Below the pieces are notes generated by a model. The model had not been told where the DNA came from. It worked only from the letters and a program-made list of their open reading frames with translations, and searched no databases. A program made the position numbers and the translations under genes. Shown here in pieces: positions 1-7,297 of a stretch of DNA of 46,029 nucleotides. Origin of the DNA: a virus; IMG/VR virus record IMGVR_UViG_3300045988_085935. The stretch is one strand, 5' to 3'. Numbering within the stretch: position 1 is the first letter of the stretch; every line of letters starts with the position of its first letter.

Positions 1-98
1 GATTACCAAAACTGTATGAAACAGTCATCGTCACTACATCCGCGAATGCGGTGACGACTGCATTTATGAATGATGATCAAAAATGGAGATACCTTGAA
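1..98. repeat. Terminal direct repeat, identical to 45932-46029 (assembly overlap of a circular genome, or terminal redundancy)
   Basis: Base-by-base identity of the first and last 98 nt, read directly from the sequence. Confidence 0.95.
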
Positions 99-191
99 GT
101 CACAGAACGTTGTTTTAAGGCAGTGGTAACCGCGTGGATGCCGTTTCCGGAGCCGTACAAGGAGGGAAACGAAGATGATCACACTGACTGA
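1..191 (+). CDS. DUF551-like protein, C-terminal part (gene starts at 45898 and wraps across the junction; 74 aa in total)
   Basis: Frame continues from ATG 45898: MSDFRWIPVEVRLPKLYETVIV...VVTAWMPFPEPYKEGNEDDHTD, with stop TGA at 189-191. The W-I-P...L-P...V and WMP.PEP pattern is typical of DUF551. Confidence 0.7.
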   Translation, partial: LPKLYETVIVTTSANAVTTAFMNDDQKWRYLEVTERCFKAVVTAWMPFPEPYKEGNEDDHTD

Positions 192-387
192 TGAAGAGTA
201 TGCAAGGCTCAAGGAAATGGCAGACTATCAGATTCCGCGAAAGCCAGAATGGTATCACGCTAGATACGCATACGATCCTATTGTTGAATGGGAAGCTAGC
301 TGCCCGAAATGTAACGCAGAAATTGATGAAAGCTACACGTTTTGCCCTAAATGCGGACAGCGCATAGATTGGAGCGAAGATGATTAA
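175..387 (+). CDS. Small zinc-ribbon protein (CPKC...CPKC)
   Basis: AGGAGGG lies 8 nt upstream of the ATG. Two CxxC pairs are present. It is a paralog of the next gene. Confidence 0.7.
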   Translation: MITLTDEEYARLKEMADYQIPRKPEWYHARYAYDPIVEWEASCPKCNAEIDESYTFCPKCGQRIDWSEDD

Positions 388-595
388 ACTGACTGATGAA
401 GAGTATGTAAAGCTCAATGCAATGGCAGATTACCAAGTGCCACAAGAGCCAGAAAAGGTCTGTAGTGGCTATGCAGACGGTCACCCAGTCTATGATGCTT
501 ACTGCCCGAAGTGCGGAAGCGAGCTGGATGAAGGAGACAAGGTGTGCCACGAGTGCGGGCAGAGTATAGATTGGAGCGATGGGAAGGAGGAATGA
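380..595 (+). CDS. Small zinc-ribbon protein, tandem paralog of 175-387
   Basis: Shared segments: M-I-x-LTDEEY-x-LxxMADYQ-P at the N-terminus, CPKC...C.{2}CGQ.IDWS towards the C-terminus. Overlaps the upstream stop. Confidence 0.7.
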   Translation: MIKLTDEEYVKLNAMADYQVPQEPEKVCSGYADGHPVYDAYCPKCGSELDEGDKVCHECGQSIDWSDGKEE

Positions 596-597
596 AC

Positions 598-828
598 ATG
601 GCTTCTTGGTACGAAAAGTGGTGCAAAAAGAATAATGAAAAAGCAAAAAAAGACTATGTAACAATTTCCAGACTGGAATTTTTAGACACTATTTCCAGCA
701 CAATAGCAAGCCTTGATGCGGATTTAGAAGAAGCACATTCTCTTTCTATTTTTGGAGCGATAGTAGCGGAAAGAATCTTTAACAAGGCGGATACGAATGA
801 GGGGAAAAATGAAAAGGCAGACAATTGA
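598..828 (+). CDS. Hypothetical protein
   Basis: AAGGAGG ends 7 nt before ATG 598. ATG 592 is too close to the SD. The longer track ORF from 544 overlaps the upstream gene. Confidence 0.55.
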   Translation: MASWYEKWCKKNNEKAKKDYVTISRLEFLDTISSTIASLDADLEEAHSLSIFGAIVAERIFNKADTNEGKNEKADN

Positions 829-873
829 AGAGTATGTAGCAGAGATGATGAAAAGGAAGGAGAAGGGGAAATA

Positions 874-1578
874 ATGACAAACGAAGAACTGTATAAAGAT
901 GAAGTCGAAAAGATAATGAAAGAGGATGACACACGGCATCCAGCTGTACGCAATGGAAAACCAGTTTCGTGCATTGGCATGAGCTGCCGCGACTGCGATT
1001 TGCACAATCCGAAAACGGACGTCGACTGTTCAGTCTACTATAGAGATTGGCTTAAATCCGAAGCTGAGCCAGATAAAACAGCACCAGAGGAGAAAGAAAA
1101 GATGGAAAAAGACGAAATTAAGGTCGGTGACACCGTAAAAGTTACAGAAGACCCCGTGTTGAAAGGCAAAACTGGAATTGTTAGAAGAATATATTGTACC
1201 AACAACGGAAAGCCATACGTAGTGAATTTTGATAAAAGCTTTTGTTGGACTTTTTCGGATCACGAGATTGTAAAGGTCAAATCAAAGAAAACACCTCCTC
1301 GTATCGTAGCCTATAGAGACGGGGATACGGTCACAGTCAAGGATCTGGAGACCGGAGAAACGGCAAGTGCGGTATGCAGCAAGAAAGATACTTTTGATTT
1401 TCGCACGGGAGCCTTTATTGCAATGGAAAGACTCACACATTTCGATACGGACATAAGATTTATGCGGCTTGAGATGGAGCAGCTTGATAGCTATATATCG
1501 GACATCAAGATGAGATTTGGTGCGTTGATGGGAGAGGGGTATAAGTACCCGGATTTTGATGAGGAGGAAGAAGCATGA
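874..1578 (+). CDS. Hypothetical protein with an N-terminal four-Cys module, a central KOW/SH3-like segment and a conserved C-terminal domain
   Basis: SD GGAGAAGGGG upstream. Motifs: CIGMSCRDCDL...C......WL, KVGDTVKV...GKTGIV, and C..KDTFDFRTGAFIAMERL. Confidence 0.6.
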   Translation: MTNEELYKDEVEKIMKEDDTRHPAVRNGKPVSCIGMSCRDCDLHNPKTDVDCSVYYRDWLKSEAEPDKTAPEEKEKMEKDEIKVGDTVKVTEDPVLKGKTGIVRRIYCTNNGKPYVVNFDKSFCWTFSDHEIVKVKSKKTPPRIVAYRDGDTVTVKDLETGETASAVCSKKDTFDFRTGAFIAMERLTHFDTDIRFMRLEMEQLDSYISDIKMRFGALMGEGYKYPDFDEEEEA

Positions 1579-2012
1579 ACAAAGTATCGCTTATTGGCCG
1601 CCTGACAGCAGACCCGGAGGTTAGATACACGCAGGGGGATCAGCCAATGTGTATCGCATCCTATCGCCTTGCGGTAGAGCGCAGAGGGAAGAAGGTAGAA
1701 GGACAGCAGAGCGCGGATTTTATCAGTATTAAAGCCTTTGGAAAGGGCGGCGAGTTTGCCGAAAAGTACCTGCACAAGGGGATGAAAGTAGCCGTGTCCG
1801 GACACATCCAGACCGGCAGTTATACCAATCGGGACGGACAGAAGGTATATACGACCGATGTTATTGCGGATGAACAGGAATTTTGCGAGAGCAAGGCAGC
1901 GAACGATACGGCGCAGAACTATACGCCGAAGGAGACGCAGAAGGAAACACCGCCAATTGACGACTTTATGAGCATTCCGAACGGCATTGACGAAGAGCTT
2001 CCGTTCAACTGA
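1575..2012 (+). CDS. ssb: Single-stranded DNA-binding protein
   Basis: MNKVSLIGRLTADPEVRYT... OB-fold pattern, with the acidic C-terminal tail DEELPF typical of bacterial and phage SSB. ATGA overlap with the upstream gene. Confidence 0.92.
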   Translation: MNKVSLIGRLTADPEVRYTQGDQPMCIASYRLAVERRGKKVEGQQSADFISIKAFGKGGEFAEKYLHKGMKVAVSGHIQTGSYTNRDGQKVYTTDVIADEQEFCESKAANDTAQNYTPKETQKETPPIDDFMSIPNGIDEELPFN

Positions 2013-2380
2013 TGAAAGGAATAATGAGAACAATGATTGAAAAGAAGAATCCGTACATTATTGCAGTAGATTTTGATGGAACACTGTGTGAAAATGCATG
2101 GCCGGGAATCGGGTCACCAAACGTGGCCCTGATCAATTATTTGAAGAGAAAACAGGCTGGTGGAGATAAACTGATTCTCTGGACATCGCGGAACGATAAG
2201 CAGGTCGAAGAAGCTGTTGAATGGTGTAAGGAGCATGGGATTGTATTTGATGCTGTAAATGACAATCTTCCGTTTATGATCGAGGCGTTCGGAAATAACT
2301 GCCGGAAAATCTTTGCGAATGAGTACATTGATGATCGCAATCGGTTAATCCAGTCTTGTATTGAAGAGGTAGAAAGATGA
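2012..2380 (+). CDS. HAD-superfamily phosphatase-like protein
   Basis: The DFDGTL motif (HAD motif I) follows a beta-strand (YIIAV), then LILWTSR (motif II-like). The exact start is uncertain: ATG 2012, 2024 or 2033. Confidence 0.55.
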   Translation: MKGIMRTMIEKKNPYIIAVDFDGTLCENAWPGIGSPNVALINYLKRKQAGGDKLILWTSRNDKQVEEAVEWCKEHGIVFDAVNDNLPFMIEAFGNNCRKIFANEYIDDRNRLIQSCIEEVER

Positions 2381-2811
2381 AGGTTAAGAGACTTACAGAA
2401 ATGGCTAAGCTCCCAACAAGGGGGAGCATGGGAGCCGCAGGACTGGACTTGTATGCGGACGTACCTGTTGGTGCCATTGCGATTTATCCCGGAGAGACGA
2501 AAAAGATCCATACCGGCATAGCCGCAGAGCTTCGCCCTTATCAGGTAGGGCTTGTATATCCCCGTTCCGGTCTTGCTACAAAGCAGGGGTTACGGCTTGC
2601 TAATTCTGTGGGAGTGATCGACAGCGACTATAGAGGTGAGGTCATCGTAGCTTTACACAATGACAGTCAGATGGTGCAGTACATCGAGAACGGCGAAAGG
2701 ATCGCACAGCTTGTGGTGATGCAGTATGAACATGAAGACGCGCAGGAAGTAGAAGAGCTGAGCGGCACACAGCGCGGCTCTGGTGGCTTTGGAAGTACGG
2801 GGGTGAAGTGA
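2377..2811 (+). CDS. dut: dUTP diphosphatase (trimeric dUTPase)
   Basis: Motifs AAGLDLYA, PRSGLA, GVIDSDYRGE and RGSGGFGSTG are the classic dUTPase motifs 1-5. Confidence 0.93.
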   Translation: MKVKRLTEMAKLPTRGSMGAAGLDLYADVPVGAIAIYPGETKKIHTGIAAELRPYQVGLVYPRSGLATKQGLRLANSVGVIDSDYRGEVIVALHNDSQMVQYIENGERIAQLVVMQYEHEDAQEVEELSGTQRGSGGFGSTGVK

Positions 2812-3143
2812 TGGGATTTGATGTTGATAGCGATGCTGTGGAAAATGTGGTTGCTTTTTACGGAGCGGATCGCATGGCGGACGTGGCGAGAGAAGAGCCT
2901 GCCGAGCTGATCCAAGCTATATGCAAGGTATGCCGGTATCTTGACCCGGAAGACCCGGAAAAGGGAAAAGAAAAGCGGGCGGCTCTCCTGTATAACCTTG
3001 CGGAAGAAATGGCAGATACATTGATCATTATCAGCGAGTTACAGGCCATTTGGGGCATTGATGATGACACCATACAGGACATTATCGACTTTAAGCAGGC
3101 AAGAACGAAGAAGCGGATTACGGAAGATTGGAGGACAAAATGA
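2811..3143 (+). CDS. MazG-like nucleotide pyrophosphohydrolase (all-alpha NTP-PPase)
   Basis: EEPAEL...I and EEMADTLII helices resemble the EExxE/ExxD metal-binding helices of small phage MazG proteins. GTG 2808 is an alternative start. Confidence 0.5.
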   Translation: MGFDVDSDAVENVVAFYGADRMADVAREEPAELIQAICKVCRYLDPEDPEKGKEKRAALLYNLAEEMADTLIIISELQAIWGIDDDTIQDIIDFKQARTKKRITEDWRTK

Positions 3144-3637
3144 ACGGAGTATTAGAGGGAATCGAAAGAGTTATTGTGGAAAGAGAAGACGGGGAGATTA
3201 TAGCAACAATTACAGAAGATGATATTGACTGTGGCCCGGAGTACCAAGTGAGAATGAAACCTGTTATTCCTGAGCATAAGCTCTTTATTTCCTGCCCCAT
3301 GAAGGGACGAACGGAAGAGAACATCAAAAAGAGTTTCGAAGTAATGAAGAGAACGGCGGAAGCATATACCGGAGAAACTTTGGAGGTAGTCAATCCCTAT
3401 GAGCCGAAGACTTTTGAAAGCGATGCGGATCGCATTCGAAGCCTTGGCGATTCTATCAGGTTGATGGCAGAAGCGGATTACTTTATCACATTCGAAAATT
3501 ATTTCGATTATAGAGGGTGTTCCGTAGAAAATCAGGTTGCGGCACTATATGGCTTGAAAAGAGTATTAGCAATGACTAAGCTTGCCGCACCAGATGTACT
3601 GGATAAAGGGCCGTCGATTCCGACCTGTGACGAATGA
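3140..3637 (+). CDS. DUF4406 / nucleoside 2-deoxyribosyltransferase-like protein with an N-terminal extension
   Basis: Pattern LFISCPMKGRTEENI...VVNP...EADYF...RGCSVENQVAALYGLK matches the DUF4406 layout (IsGPmtG..N...vvNP...S.Ga..E..A). ATGA-coupled start. Confidence 0.5.
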   Translation: MNGVLEGIERVIVEREDGEIIATITEDDIDCGPEYQVRMKPVIPEHKLFISCPMKGRTEENIKKSFEVMKRTAEAYTGETLEVVNPYEPKTFESDADRIRSLGDSIRLMAEADYFITFENYFDYRGCSVENQVAALYGLKRVLAMTKLAAPDVLDKGPSIPTCDE

Positions 3638-3831
3638 AGTCGCCGTGTAGTAAAGACTGTGCGGAGCGGTCGGCATTGTGCCACTGCTCCTGTACAGCAT
3701 ACCAGGAATATTATAAAGCCAATGCCGAAAGGTTAGAGGAAAGAGCAAAAAGAGTTAGCTTCCATCTGGACGCAGAAGACGAAAGAAGACAGTCAATCAA
3801 AAGGTGGAACCGAAAAAACGGAAGGAGGTAA
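3634..3831 (+). CDS. Small Cys-rich hypothetical protein
   Basis: ATGA overlap with the upstream stop. CSKDC...CHCSC cluster followed by a basic tail. Confidence 0.55.
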   Translation: MKSPCSKDCAERSALCHCSCTAYQEYYKANAERLEERAKRVSFHLDAEDERRQSIKRWNRKNGRR

Positions 3832-3833
3832 AA

Positions 3834-4229
3834 GTGCACGAAAAAAAACGGGAGCAGATGAAACTGGTTAGGGAGTTGTACAATCAGGGAAACGATCCGG
3901 AAGACATAGCGGAAGGCGTAGGACTGTCTGTTTACACGGTAAAGGAATACCTTGATTGTATGGGAATTAATTGCAAAGAGTTTATAAAGCTACCGTTTAC
4001 GGAGAAGATCCAGCACGCCGCAAAGCGCATAGAGATCGAAGCCTTTAAGACAAGATTAAAGCCAGGTGATGAGGTTATCGTGGTGCAGGAAGAGCAGGAC
4101 TGCCACAAGGTCATCAGACGAATGCGACACGCGGTGATTGTATCGGTCAGCAAGCACGTTATATTGACCGATTGTGGATGTTTCCAAGACAAAGAGGTGT
4201 ACTTGTGGCAAGGATTAAAAAAGCAGTAA
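3834..4229 (+). CDS. HTH (sigma-70 region-4-like) putative transcriptional regulator, last gene of the early + operon
   Basis: GGAGG lies 5 nt before GTG 3834. DPEDIAEGVGLSVYTVKEYL is helix-turn-helix-like. ATG 3858 is an alternative start. Confidence 0.5.
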   Translation: MHEKKREQMKLVRELYNQGNDPEDIAEGVGLSVYTVKEYLDCMGINCKEFIKLPFTEKIQHAAKRIEIEAFKTRLKPGDEVIVVQEEQDCHKVIRRMRHAVIVSVSKHVILTDCGCFQDKEVYLWQGLKKQ

Positions 4230-4390
4230 AAGGCTTTCTGTGGGCCTTGTGCGCGGTTCCTGTGATGGCGGTGGGCCTTGCTATTGCGGTAATGATTGAC
4301 TCGGAGAGCGACCGTTAGTAAACAGTATTTCAAGTGATACAATAGATATATCCCTAGTCGGTGTACGTGTGCATCCCTTTCTAGCAAAGC

Positions 4391-4440
4391 AAGAAAAAGC
4401 CCTTTCAGGCGGTCAATAGATCATCTGGAAGGGCTTTCTT
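4391..4440. terminator. Bidirectional intrinsic terminator between convergent operons
   Basis: Stem AAAGCCCTT / AAGGGCTTT plus CAG/CTG, with an A-run upstream and a T-run downstream. Confidence 0.6.
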
Positions 4441-4445
4441 GTGCC

Positions 4446-4799
4446 TTAAAATGCCAATCTTTCGATTTCTTCAAGTATCTTTATTCTGTTTTCTTCGGTT
4501 CCCTCAAGTACCCAATCAAAATTGATCTTGTGAGACTTTGGAAGCTCCTGCGGATTGTATCGACCGTAACAATTACCGTCTTTGTCGGTAACATATACGG
4601 AGATACTCCACCATGTCGGCAACGCCTTCGGAATGTATCCGTTTTTGATCCAGCTATTCATGATCGAAGAGCCTTCAGCGTTGATTCTGGACAACTCAAC
4701 ATCAATGCATTCACCGTTTTTGTTCTCTCCCTCAAAGATGTTCAGTTCTCTATAAGCATATTTGTTATCTACCGTAACAACGGTTTCGCAATTTCTCAT
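4446..4799 (-). CDS. Hypothetical protein (117 aa)
   Basis: ATG 4799 overlaps the stop of the upstream small ORF (ATGA). No family recognised. Confidence 0.6.
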   Translation of the reverse strand: MRNCETVVTVDNKYAYRELNIFEGENKNGECIDVELSRINAEGSSIMNSWIKNGYIPKALPTWWSISVYVTDKDGNCYGRYNPQELPKSHKINFDWVLEGTEENRIKILEEIERLAF

Positions 4800-4963
4800 C
4801 TTTCCCACACTCCTAAGCAAAAAATGTTTATCTTTTCGTCATCGCGTGTTAATACAGCGTCTCCGTTATGCTCATATACAAGCCGGAAGCCGGCAGCTAC
4901 ATAGTCAGCAATAAGAATTTTAGAATGATCTTTACTATTAACGATTACTCCGTGTACTCTCAT
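4796..4963 (-). CDS. Hypothetical 55-aa protein (below the ORF-track cutoff)
   Basis: AGGAGA SD inside the end of the upstream gene. Sequence MRVHGVIVNSKDHSKILIADYVAAGFRLVYEHNGDAVLTRDDEKINIFCLGVWER. It fills the gap exactly and is coupled to the next gene. Confidence 0.55.
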   Translation of the reverse strand: MRVHGVIVNSKDHSKILIADYVAAGFRLVYEHNGDAVLTRDDEKINIFCLGVWER

Positions 4964-4967
4964 CTTT

Positions 4968-5363
4968 TTAGTTCTCCTGTATCATGTCGTACCGGTAAAT
5001 GATGTTGTCATCCCACCAGCCGGATTCATCGCATTCATAGATCAGGATCGTTGTGACCCTCTGCCCTTTTACAGCCGGAATAGCTCTGTAGCAAATGTAG
5101 TCATATCTGGGAGTTACTCCGTCCGTGCTTGTAAGCAATTTCCCGTTGTGCTGATTGTCCGTAACTACTCCGGTTGTAACTTCGATATGATAGTTGTCCG
5201 GCATCTCAAAATCGGGAATGCCATCGTATATATCTACGTTTCCGCTTCCTTCCGTCCAGACATAGACGGGGGTTGCTTCTGTGTGCTGCTGTGCCTTAAC
5301 TGCATTGGAAGCGGTCAGGGCAAGCATTGTGGAAATAATGGCGGTAATGATGATCTTTTTCAT
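4968..5363 (-). CDS. Secreted protein with a Sec signal peptide
   Basis: N-terminus MKKIIITAIISTMLALTASNAVKA|QQ has a hydrophobic core and an AxA-like cleavage site. AGGAG SD present. Confidence 0.7.
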   Translation of the reverse strand: MKKIIITAIISTMLALTASNAVKAQQHTEATPVYVWTEGSGNVDIYDGIPDFEMPDNYHIEVTTGVVTDNQHNGKLLTSTDGVTPRYDYICYRAIPAVKGQRVTTILIYECDESGWWDDNIIYRYDMIQEN

Positions 5364-5379
5364 GGTTTTTATTCTCCTT

Positions 5380-5604
5380 TTAGAAAAGTCTGATATTGTT
5401 TTCCTTTGCAGATACTTTTAAGCTAGCAAGTCTCTTTTTCCAATCAACCAACCAACCGGAGAGTTCTTTATATTTTTCTTCCTGCTCTTCTGTGCTTCTG
5501 TTCAAGGCACGGCAGAATTCTATTTCTCCCATTTCACTGTTTATTTTTTCGATTTGTTCGCTGATTCCCATTTCTGCATAGATATAAACTTGTGTCATAT
5601 TCAT
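5380..5604 (-). CDS. Hypothetical 74-aa helical protein
   Basis: GGAGAT SD 6 nt upstream. Lies in the operon between the J-domain and secreted-protein genes. Confidence 0.55.
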   Translation of the reverse strand: MNMTQVYIYAEMGISEQIEKINSEMGEIEFCRALNRSTEEQEEKYKELSGWLVDWKKRLASLKVSAKENNIRLF

Positions 5605-5656
5605 TTTTTAATCTCCCTTTTTATGTTTGCGGCGGTTGTTGGCCGCCGCTATTGAC

Positions 5657-6142
5657 TTATGCAAGTGTAGGCTGTGCGGTGGTGTCCACGGTATCGCTTC
5701 CGAACATTCCGCGAATGTCATCCATGCTGAAGCTCTTCTTGCTTCTCTTTCTGAAGCCGCCTTCGTGAAAATACCAGGCCTTCTTATTCTTGCTGAATCC
5801 GAAGTGCATTTCTTTAAGTTCGGATCTGTGATTGTAGGTGTTTCCGGAGATCCAGAGCCATGAGCCGATGATCTCGATCTTGCAATCCGTCCAGTGGATG
5901 AGCTTTTCAATGATGCTTTCGAATTCGGGAGCGGTCATTGTCTGTTCTTTCTTCTGGTAGGTTTCGCCTTCTGCGGTCTTATATGTGTTTCCTACGGTTT
6001 CCCATGCCTTTTCAAATTCGGCTTTCATGGCCTTGAAGTCTTCGGCGTTGCCGCCGTTATCAGGATGCAGTTCCTTAGCTAAGCGGTGGAACTCTTTTCT
6101 TAACTCCTCTGCGGTCTTGCAATTTTCGAAGTATTTTCTCAT
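5657..6142 (-). CDS. J-domain (DnaJ N-terminal domain) protein
   Basis: EELRKEFHRLAKELHPDNGG contains the HPD tripeptide within a J-domain helix II-III context. The C-terminal WLWISGNTY...LK...GF...KKAWY domain is common in mobile elements. GGAGGG SD present. Confidence 0.8.
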   Translation of the reverse strand: MRKYFENCKTAEELRKEFHRLAKELHPDNGGNAEDFKAMKAEFEKAWETVGNTYKTAEGETYQKKEQTMTAPEFESIIEKLIHWTDCKIEIIGSWLWISGNTYNHRSELKEMHFGFSKNKKAWYFHEGGFRKRSKKSFSMDDIRGMFGSDTVDTTAQPTLA

Positions 6143-6200
6143 TGTGTTTCCCTCCGTTGTTGTTTCGTTGTTTGCCTTGCTGATGGTTGTATTATCATAC

Positions 6201-6276
6201 TGGCACCACTATAAAGCAAGAGTAAAAATGCACAAATTTATAATGGCACCATTATGCAAGATGTATATTGGCACCA
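6201..6276. promoter_or_regulatory. Three TGGCACCA operator-like sites in the divergent promoter region
   Basis: TGGCACCA occurs at 6201, 6244 and 6269. The middle copy sits in the inverted repeat ATAATGG-CA-CCATTAT (6240-6255). Confidence 0.5.
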
Positions 6277-6320
6277 AATGGAAAAGAAAATATACTTATA
6301 GTGATAAAGGGGGTGATTAT

Positions 6321-6521
6321 ATGCCTATCAGAAAATCTCAAATAGATGCATCTACTAGGTACGAAAAAAAAAATTACGATAGACTAAATATCAGATTGAG
6401 GAAAGACGGAGATATAACGGAAGAAATCGCAAGAGCTGCCGCAGACGCTGCCGGGGAAAGCCTGAACGCCTATACGATAGGAGCATTAAAAATGAGGATG
6501 GAAAAAGAAGGATTTTTATAA
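6321..6521 (+). CDS. Ribbon-helix-helix (Arc/CopG-like) DNA-binding protein
   Basis: AGGGGGTG SD. KNYDRLNIRLRKDGDITEEIARAAADAAGESLNAYTIGALKMRMEKE shows the beta-strand, helix, helix layout of RHH proteins. The 178-aa track ORF is an upstream extension. Confidence 0.7.
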   Translation: MPIRKSQIDASTRYEKKNYDRLNIRLRKDGDITEEIARAAADAAGESLNAYTIGALKMRMEKEGFL

Positions 6522-6530
6522 AATAAGTAA

Positions 6531-6561
6531 AGGAACCGGAGAAATCCAGTTCCTTTTTTTA
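6531..6561 (+). terminator. Intrinsic terminator after the RHH gene
   Basis: AGGAACCGG / CCAGTTCCT stem followed by T6. Confidence 0.75.
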
Positions 6562-6571
6562 TTTCTGATTT

Positions 6572-6599
6572 TTGCCAAACGGATTTGACTTGCTACAAT
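6572..6599 (+). promoter_or_regulatory. Sigma-70-like promoter candidate for the packaging/structural operon
   Basis: TTGCCA - 16 nt - TACAAT. Confidence 0.4.
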
Positions 6600-6682
6600 A
6601 TATGTAGGCGAAAAGCCGTATTTCCTCCATTCTGTTCTACCGGATCTGTCCGACTACATCCACACGAGCAGATCCGGATACG

Positions 6683-7297
6683 ATGGAAGCATACACATAT
6701 AAGTATACAAGGACTTTTAGAGACATGACAGAAGAAAGCATCAAAAAAGACAGCCAGGACGAAAGAGAGCAGCTCGACCTGAGTATATATCCAAAGGATG
6801 AAAAGGGCCGGCTTATAGTACCCGAAGAGATCATCAAAGATAGATACAAGGAGCTTCCAGACGGAGCACACACCGCAGACAGATCATATACTGCTTTTAA
6901 TGGTGGCCTTCTCCGCCAGCTCACAGAGGAAGAGAGAAGAGCAGGCGGAAAGGCACGTCAGGAGAAGAAAGCCAAGATAGAGACCTTTGCAGCAGCTATT
7001 AAGAGGGCATTATACAGCAGTGCAAAAGCACAGACTTGTGAAAAGCTAGGGATACCCAAAAACAGCAGCAATTTGGAAGCTATCATAGCTGCACAGCTAT
7101 CAGTAGCAAGCAGTAAGGACAAAGGCACAGCCACAAAGGCCGCAGAGTTCCTCAGGGATACTATAGGGGAAAAGCCCGCAGAAAAGCAGGAAATCACGGC
7201 AGATATCATGACTGATGAGGATCGTGCATTGCTTCAGAAGGTCAGAGCAAGGCAGATCAAAGCCGAGCAGGCAGAGCAAGAATTGAGTGATCAGTAA
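6683..7297 (+). CDS. Putative terminase small subunit
   Basis: Lies immediately upstream of TerL. Basic and helical, with a C-terminal ...KAAEFLRDTIGEKP... segment resembling TerS oligomerisation tails. The start is uncertain because no SD precedes ATG 6683. Confidence 0.45.
   Translation: MEAYTYKYTRTFRDMTEESIKKDSQDEREQLDLSIYPKDEKGRLIVPEEIIKDRYKELPDGAHTADRSYTAFNGGLLRQLTEEERRAGGKARQEKKAKIETFAAAIKRALYSSAKAQTCEKLGIPKNSSNLEAIIAAQLSVASSKDKGTATKAAEFLRDTIGEKPAEKQEITADIMTDEDRALLQKVRARQIKAEQAEQELSDQ

Noticed and set aside
1491-2033. 180-aa minus-strand ORF
   Set aside because: It is antisense to the confidently identified ssb gene and the end of the upstream gene. It is a shadow ORF.
6244-6258. A sigma-54 promoter (TGGCAC...TGCA)
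   Set aside because: The GG-to-GC spacing is one base short of the -24/-12 consensus. The TGGCACCA box recurs three times with partial dyad symmetry, which fits operator sites better.
5985-6320. N-terminal 112 codons of the 178-aa track ORF 5985-6521
   Set aside because: This part runs antisense through the J-domain gene start and the divergent promoter/operator region. A strong SD precedes the internal ATG 6321, which yields a canonical 66-aa RHH protein.
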